This document shows positions 26,787 through 31,798 of a stretch of DNA of 31,798 bases, one piece after another. Origin of the DNA: a virus. Lineage: Duplodnaviria; Caudoviricetes. The notes under the pieces were generated by a model. That model saw nothing but the letters and a program-made list of their open reading frames with translations. It was not told the DNA's origin and made no database searches. The translations under genes and the position numbers were made by a program. Where the stretch lies: positions 1 to 31,798 of the IMG/VR virus record IMGVR_UViG_3300005804_000113; one strand, written 5' to 3'. How positions within the stretch are numbered: the stretch's first letter is position 1; every line of letters starts with the position of its first letter.

Positions 26787-26814
26787 ATGATACTTGGGTG
26801 CATTTACTTGTCAA
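26787..26814 (-). promoter_or_regulatory. Promoter for the 26382-26762 moron
   Basis: Minus strand TTGACA (26814-26809), 16 bp, TATCAT (26792-26787); same hexamers and spacing as the repressor promoter. Confidence 0.65.
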
Positions 26815-26886
26815 TGGTAAAGCCAATGTTCACTATCTATCAATGCTCCGATGTGGTAACCATCCTCTCAAGCGAACCTATATTCT

Positions 26887-29868
26887 ATGCCTGACCTTAC
26901 CTTTAAACTCGTCCTCGTCACCAATGATGCCAGCCTAAAGCTTGCGGAAGTAAAGCAGGAGGCGGAGTCTGCCCAGTCGGCGGTGGAGAAGCCTGCTGCG
27001 GTAAAGATCACTGCGGAACAGGCTCTGGCTACTATTCGTGACGTGAAGATCGCAGTGGATGGAGTTTTGCAGGTGGTGGGCGGTCTGGTTAGATCTATGA
27101 ATGGTCTGCTTGATGCCTCCCTTGGTCAAAGACAAGCCATGACTCTGGCTTCGGTAGCCTTTGGCGAAGCTGCGGGTGAGATGGGCAACTTTGCCTCCTC
27201 CATGCAGTCTGTCACCAACTTCGAGGATGATCAACTCCTATCTTTGATGTCCAAACTCTCCCAGACCTTTAAGCTGAACAAGGATGAGATTCAACAACTG
27301 GTGCCGGTATTGCTGGACTTCACAGAAGCCAATAAAGCTACCGGAATGAGCGTGGAGTCTGCCTTTGATCTCATGGGTCGGGCTCTGAATGGACATACCG
27401 AGATGTTGGGCAGATATGGTATTGAGTTGGATGATACCCGGCTCAAGACTGAAGGTGTTTCCTATCTGGTCGAAAAGCTTGGCGAGGACTATGGCGGCAC
27501 CGCTACGGCTCTGGCTGATCTGAGACTGCAGAATGCCAATGCCTGGGGTGATATCCAGGAGACAGTGGGCGATATGCTGACCACTCTGATCAATCCTCTG
27601 CTCAAGGGCTTAAAACTGCTTATGGATGCCTACAACAGCCTGTCTCCGGTAATGAAGGGCTTCGTGGCAGGTATAGTAATCGCTATCCCGGTTATTGGCA
27701 CTGTCACCACTGCGGTAACTGCTCTGACAGCAGCTTATCATGCTCTGCAGGTAGCCATGAACCCGGTCGCAGGAATCATCGGCATAGCAGTTGGTGCTTT
27801 GTCTGCTTTGGGCTTCGGACTGGCAGCAGCCTCCACAAAGACAGATGAGGTAGCAACTGCTCAGAGAAGCATGAAAGATGAGATCAAGGACGCGGAGCGT
27901 CAGGTCTCAGTGGAAGCTGAGAAGTTCAGTCTGCTGGCTTCTCGGTTACTTGAGCTTAGGTCTGCCACTTCTTTAACTGCCGCAGACAAGCGAGAGATGA
28001 AGAATGTCATCAAGTCCTTGAATGACAACTATTCGGAGTATCTGGGCAACATCAATATGGAGACTGCAGCCTACAATAACCTGGCTACTGCCCTGCGAGC
28101 CGCTTCGGAAGCATTGGTGCAAAAGAAGATCTCCGAGATCTATGGCGAGAGATACAATGCACAAGTCCAGAGGGTAGCGGAACTACAGATCGAACTGGAT
28201 GAGAAGCGTGCAGAATACAATACCGCTAATGCCAGAATGAACCAGTTGAGGTCTTCAGTGGACTGGGACTTCCTTACCAGTGATGCCAATGCCATGGGTT
28301 TCAACCCTGCCTCCTACTTCGGAAATGACGGTGAGTGGATGAAGTTGGAACGGACTATCAACTCGTTTGGGGCCTTATCTGGGAGACTGCAAGCTGCCAA
28401 ATTCGATCTGCAAGCCTTGGGTGATGCCTATCGTAAGGCCATGCTGGAAGTTCCTGATCTCACCTTCGATCAGGGTGGTGGCGGAAGTGGTGGCAGTGCT
28501 CCCGCTCCGGCACCCAGTCCGGCAGCCTCGGAAGCCGAAACCAGACGCAAAGAAGCGTTACGCTTGACGGAGGAGTTAGCCAGATTACGTCAGACTGAGA
28601 CTCAGCGTATCGAAGCCGAATACCAGAGAAGGTTAGCCCTAATCAGGGAGTTCACTCAGGATGGCAGTGACGCTGAGCGTCAGGCCATCGAGAACCTGGA
28701 TGCCTGGAAGACTCAGGAGGATAATGAGATCACCACCAAGGAGAAGGATGCTGTTCAAGCCAGATACAAGGCTGAGATCGGCTACTTCTCCAATCTGGAG
28801 AACCTCGGAGTCGATTCCTATGCCGCTCTTAAAGCCAGCATGGAAGAGTATTACACTTGGGCTCTGCAGAACCTTCCTCAGCAGGAGCAGCTACTTATCC
28901 AGGCTCAGATTGCCGAAGTCGATGCCCGGCACGTCAAACTCCTCCAGGAGCGTCAGGATGAGGAGCGAGCCAAGCTGCAGGAATTGCAGGACATCCGAGA
29001 CGAGTTCTACTCCCGTGACCTCGATAACATCGGTGACTCATACAGCAAGCAGCTTCTGGAAGTGGATCGCTATTATGAGAAGATGAAAGCCAAGCTCCTG
29101 GAAGCGGGATATACTGAAGTGGAGATCGAACGACAGAAGCAGGAGACCCTGAACACTCTCAGAACCAATCATCAACTTCAGGTAGCCAGTGGCATCTCCA
29201 AAATCTTCGGTGATCTGGCAGCAGCCCAGGATAAGGACACAGAGCGTGGTTTCAAGCTCTGGAAAGCCTCAGCTATGGCTCAGGGATATGTGGATACCTT
29301 CTCTGCTGCTATTGGTGCATACAAGTCCATGATCGGCATACCCGTAGTGGGACCTGGTCTGGCAGTGGCTGCTGCCGCAGCTGCGATGGCAGCCGGTATC
29401 GCCAACATTGCCAGGATCAGTGCCACCAAGTTCGAGAAGAAAGCCACTGGCGGTCTCTTAACCGGACCTTCCCACAATCAGGGAGGTATCCTGATCGAAG
29501 CAGAAGGTGATGAATACGTCACAGCCAAGGATCGAGTTAAGGCCTTGGGCAGGAACCTCTTTGACTTCCTCAACTTCGCACCTTTGAATCAGGTCAAGCT
29601 TGCTTTCGCAGGTATGCCTGTTCCTTCGGTGCCTATTCCCAGCAGTCTGGGCTCATATTATGCCGCTGGTGGGCCTATTTCCTCCGGAGGCGGTATGAAT
29701 ACCCTGATCGACCTGATTGGCTCACTGAAAGACGAGATCGTCTCACTCAAGCAAACGGTTATGGACTCCAAGCCTATCATCGAAGTAAAGGTCGACCCCT
29801 TGAGTAACGATCCGGTTAAGGTCTCCGAGATAGCCGATACCGGTAAAATGATCAGGAGCGAGATCTAA
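26887..29868 (+). CDS. Tail tape measure protein
   Basis: 993 aa Ala-rich helical protein, GRALNG..EML.RYGI core, hydrophobic segments, C-terminal IPVVGPGLA and ATGGLLTGPSH..GGI.IEAEGDEYV motifs. Confidence 0.9.
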   Translation: MPDLTFKLVLVTNDASLKLAEVKQEAESAQSAVEKPAAVKITAEQALATIRDVKIAVDGVLQVVGGLVRSMNGLLDASLGQRQAMTLASVAFGEAAGEMGNFASSMQSVTNFEDDQLLSLMSKLSQTFKLNKDEIQQLVPVLLDFTEANKATGMSVESAFDLMGRALNGHTEMLGRYGIELDDTRLKTEGVSYLVEKLGEDYGGTATALADLRLQNANAWGDIQETVGDMLTTLINPLLKGLKLLMDAYNSLSPVMKGFVAGIVIAIPVIGTVTTAVTALTAAYHALQVAMNPVAGIIGIAVGALSALGFGLAAASTKTDEVATAQRSMKDEIKDAERQVSVEAEKFSLLASRLLELRSATSLTAADKREMKNVIKSLNDNYSEYLGNINMETAAYNNLATALRAASEALVQKKISEIYGERYNAQVQRVAELQIELDEKRAEYNTANARMNQLRSSVDWDFLTSDANAMGFNPASYFGNDGEWMKLERTINSFGALSGRLQAAKFDLQALGDAYRKAMLEVPDLTFDQGGGGSGGSAPAPAPSPAASEAETRRKEALRLTEELARLRQTETQRIEAEYQRRLALIREFTQDGSDAERQAIENLDAWKTQEDNEITTKEKDAVQARYKAEIGYFSNLENLGVDSYAALKASMEEYYTWALQNLPQQEQLLIQAQIAEVDARHVKLLQERQDEERAKLQELQDIRDEFYSRDLDNIGDSYSKQLLEVDRYYEKMKAKLLEAGYTEVEIERQKQETLNTLRTNHQLQVASGISKIFGDLAAAQDKDTERGFKLWKASAMAQGYVDTFSAAIGAYKSMIGIPVVGPGLAVAAAAAAMAAGIANIARISATKFEKKATGGLLTGPSHNQGGILIEAEGDEYVTAKDRVKALGRNLFDFLNFAPLNQVKLAFAGMPVPSVPIPSSLGSYYAAGGPISSGGGMNTLIDLIGSLKDEIVSLKQTVMDSKPIIEVKVDPLSNDPVKVSEIADTGKMIRSEI

Positions 29869-31355
29869 TGCCCAACCTCTTCAAGATCGATTTCGTTCAG
29901 GGCAAGACCGATGCTCCCGATTATAACCAGGTAAAGCATAGTCTTACCGATACGGCTACCAATAGAGCCATCATCAGTCTATCCGTCTCAGCCGATAAGC
30001 TGCAGTCGGTCTCTAACTACAGCAGAGAACCCAAGCGACTGGTCTTTGAGTGCTTTCCCACTGCCTGGATAGAGGATAACATCCTATCTGGCAGCAATGA
30101 ACATGAGCGCTACATCTCCCATTTCGAGGTGAAGGTATATCGGGATAGTGCGTTGTTCTTCACTGGCATAATAGATACTTCGCAGCTTTCCTTCGATGTA
30201 TCCTCCGGCATCCTCAAGATAACCTGTTACGATAAGATCAAGCTGCTCTCCCTTTACTCCGATCTCACTCACTACTACTCGCTTACGGCAGGATATCAGC
30301 CCCAATGGATACTCGGTTACTTCATTCAAGACATAGAGCAAAAGATACTCGTAGACATTCCCTATACCAACCAGTTCAATCTTCCTACCTTGAACATCGG
30401 TACTGGTGATCTCATCACCATCGCCCACATCGACTTCGATGATCTGGTTGCTTTTCCCAACCCCACCGGAGGATGGACTTACGCTTATGACAGCTCTGGC
30501 TGGCCGGGTCCGATCTGGGGTTATCTCTTTGATATGGTCAGCTTCAGGGCTCGCTTCATCTTTGCCTATCAGAAGGTGATCAAAGCCACTTATCCCAGTC
30601 CTGCCACCACCAGATATCAAGGCCGTTACCGAGGCCGTATCTATACCTTCTACAACAACATCTGCCCGGTGGTAATAGAGTACGACGAAAAGACTGACTG
30701 GGTAGAAGACCTCGCTTCCCTCTCCAATGCCCATAATGAGTTCCTGGGCTTCTTTCTGGAGCATGGTGTTCCGGAGAGCACCCTCTACAATAACCTCGTT
30801 AGCGGAGGCTTACTCGAAGGTCGAGCCTATGACAGCGGTCAGTATGTGGATCATTGGATCGAGGCTCACTTTCATGGCAATCTCTTCCCGGCTCGTTTAT
30901 CACCCGGCAAAGCCTATGAGAACTACAGTGATGAGCAAACCGATAACATCAAAGCTCTGCAGGCCATGCTCATGCTTTACAATGCCACCATCTTCAGCAA
31001 TCCCCAAGGCCAGATCGTGCTCAAGAACAAGGATGCTTATACCAGTGCAATCATCGATATCGATGCGGAAGATGTGGTTAGCTTCGTAAGCAAGAGGGGT
31101 AATCCTGAGAAGCCGGAGATCAATTGCCTGGATATCCTGGCAGGAGATACCACTCAACTCCAGAGCAGGATCAAAGACTACCTGATCGACTTTCATGACT
31201 CCAAGTGGAGCTGTGAAGCAACTATAGATAATCTCTCCAAATACAACCTCACTCTACAGTCCAAGATACGCATCCAGAATAAGATCTATGCGATAACCGA
31301 ACTGGAGCGTAACTATATTGATGATGAATACAAGGTGAAGGCATGGCTGTTATAA
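29868..31355 (+). CDS. Putative tail tip / hub protein
   Basis: Coupled to tape measure (TAATG); LFFTGIID...LKITCYD pattern common in siphophage tail proteins. Confidence 0.55.
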   Translation: MPNLFKIDFVQGKTDAPDYNQVKHSLTDTATNRAIISLSVSADKLQSVSNYSREPKRLVFECFPTAWIEDNILSGSNEHERYISHFEVKVYRDSALFFTGIIDTSQLSFDVSSGILKITCYDKIKLLSLYSDLTHYYSLTAGYQPQWILGYFIQDIEQKILVDIPYTNQFNLPTLNIGTGDLITIAHIDFDDLVAFPNPTGGWTYAYDSSGWPGPIWGYLFDMVSFRARFIFAYQKVIKATYPSPATTRYQGRYRGRIYTFYNNICPVVIEYDEKTDWVEDLASLSNAHNEFLGFFLEHGVPESTLYNNLVSGGLLEGRAYDSGQYVDHWIEAHFHGNLFPARLSPGKAYENYSDEQTDNIKALQAMLMLYNATIFSNPQGQIVLKNKDAYTSAIIDIDAEDVVSFVSKRGNPEKPEINCLDILAGDTTQLQSRIKDYLIDFHDSKWSCEATIDNLSKYNLTLQSKIRIQNKIYAITELERNYIDDEYKVKAWLL

Positions 31356-31798
31356 AGGGTTTCAAACTCATCCGCTGGACTGATGAGAGCATCGATTACT
31401 TCTTCTGCCCCAATGGTCAGATCGAGTATAGTCCCTCCCAGAAGTACCGCATCGAGAAGAAGAACGCTTACGATCCCACCATTATCCATAGAAGAGAAGC
31501 TTATCGGGAAGACTCCTTTGATCTGGAAGCGGTACTCGAACCATCTGAATACTATAGCCTGGTGAGCTTTCTCCTCAGTCCCGGCCGGCTATATCTGGAA
31601 TACACTGCATACAACAGCATCAACAGCCAGTTCCCGGTCACCATCTCCCAACTGCCCAAGTGTCCAGATGATCTGCACGAGTATCCCACCAAGGTCAAGT
31701 TCAGTCTGGAATCGAGATACATAGGCAGTCCCGGCTACATCGACTTCGGCATCATCATTATTACCGATTTCGATGAGACGGTTATCGCAAACAACTAA
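31343..31798 (+). CDS. Hypothetical tail protein
   Basis: Overlaps previous gene, complete ORF ending at window edge; function from context only. Confidence 0.55.
   Translation: MAVIKGFKLIRWTDESIDYFFCPNGQIEYSPSQKYRIEKKNAYDPTIIHRREAYREDSFDLEAVLEPSEYYSLVSFLLSPGRLYLEYTAYNSINSQFPVTISQLPKCPDDLHEYPTKVKFSLESRYIGSPGYIDFGIIIITDFDETVIANN

Larger units (their letters stand above)
223..31798 (+). mobile_element. Mu-like transposable prophage (left end, early, head and part of tail region; right end not in window)
   Basis: TG-initiated end with tandem repeats, DDE transposase plus AAA+ ATPase pair, GemA-like, DUF3164-like, terminase, MuF, portal, capsid and tape measure genes; no integrase. Confidence 0.93.

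Noticed and set aside
28472-28530. GGGGSGGSAPAPAPSPAAS low-complexity stretch in the tape measure gene
   Set aside because: Ordinary flexible linker; no DNA-level repeat structure beyond codon repetition.
1-31798. tRNA, rRNA, integrase/att site, reverse transcriptase (DGR or retron), invertase
   Set aside because: None recognisable in this window; tail-fibre variation systems, if any, would lie beyond the right edge.

Overview
Almost the whole window (about 223 to the right edge) is the left part of a Mu-like transposable prophage; its right end lies beyond the window. It opens with a TG-initiated left end carrying about 10 copies of a ~22-bp TTGAAG-N6/7-TGAT repeat. Next come a cleavable XRE/S24 repressor divergent from an early operon (HTH protein, DDE transposase, MuB-like AAA+ ATPase, GemA/gp16-like, DUF3164-like) and the terminase genes. 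The virion module is not Mu-like: MuF, GH24 lysozyme, PBSX-type portal, a single fused protease-scaffold-capsid ORF, probable tail tube, a -1 frameshifting tail chaperone, two tandem Dam-family methyltransferases and a tape measure protein. No sheath gene is seen in the window. Four cargo inserts, mostly AT-richer, interrupt the late region. The most notable is a 6.3-kb cassette of two stand-alone amino-methyltransferases (DPPY and SPPY) converging on a 947-aa Mrr-type nuclease / SF2 helicase whose C-terminus resembles a Type IIS (AlwI-like) recognition domain, a candidate unusual ATP-dependent restriction-modification system. Three distinct cis-motif families are readable directly from the DNA: end repeats, TGTCCAAGTCC arrays flanking the repressor, and CATCCT-N4-CATCCT late-promoter boxes. 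All family calls come from motifs recognised by eye; no database search was run.
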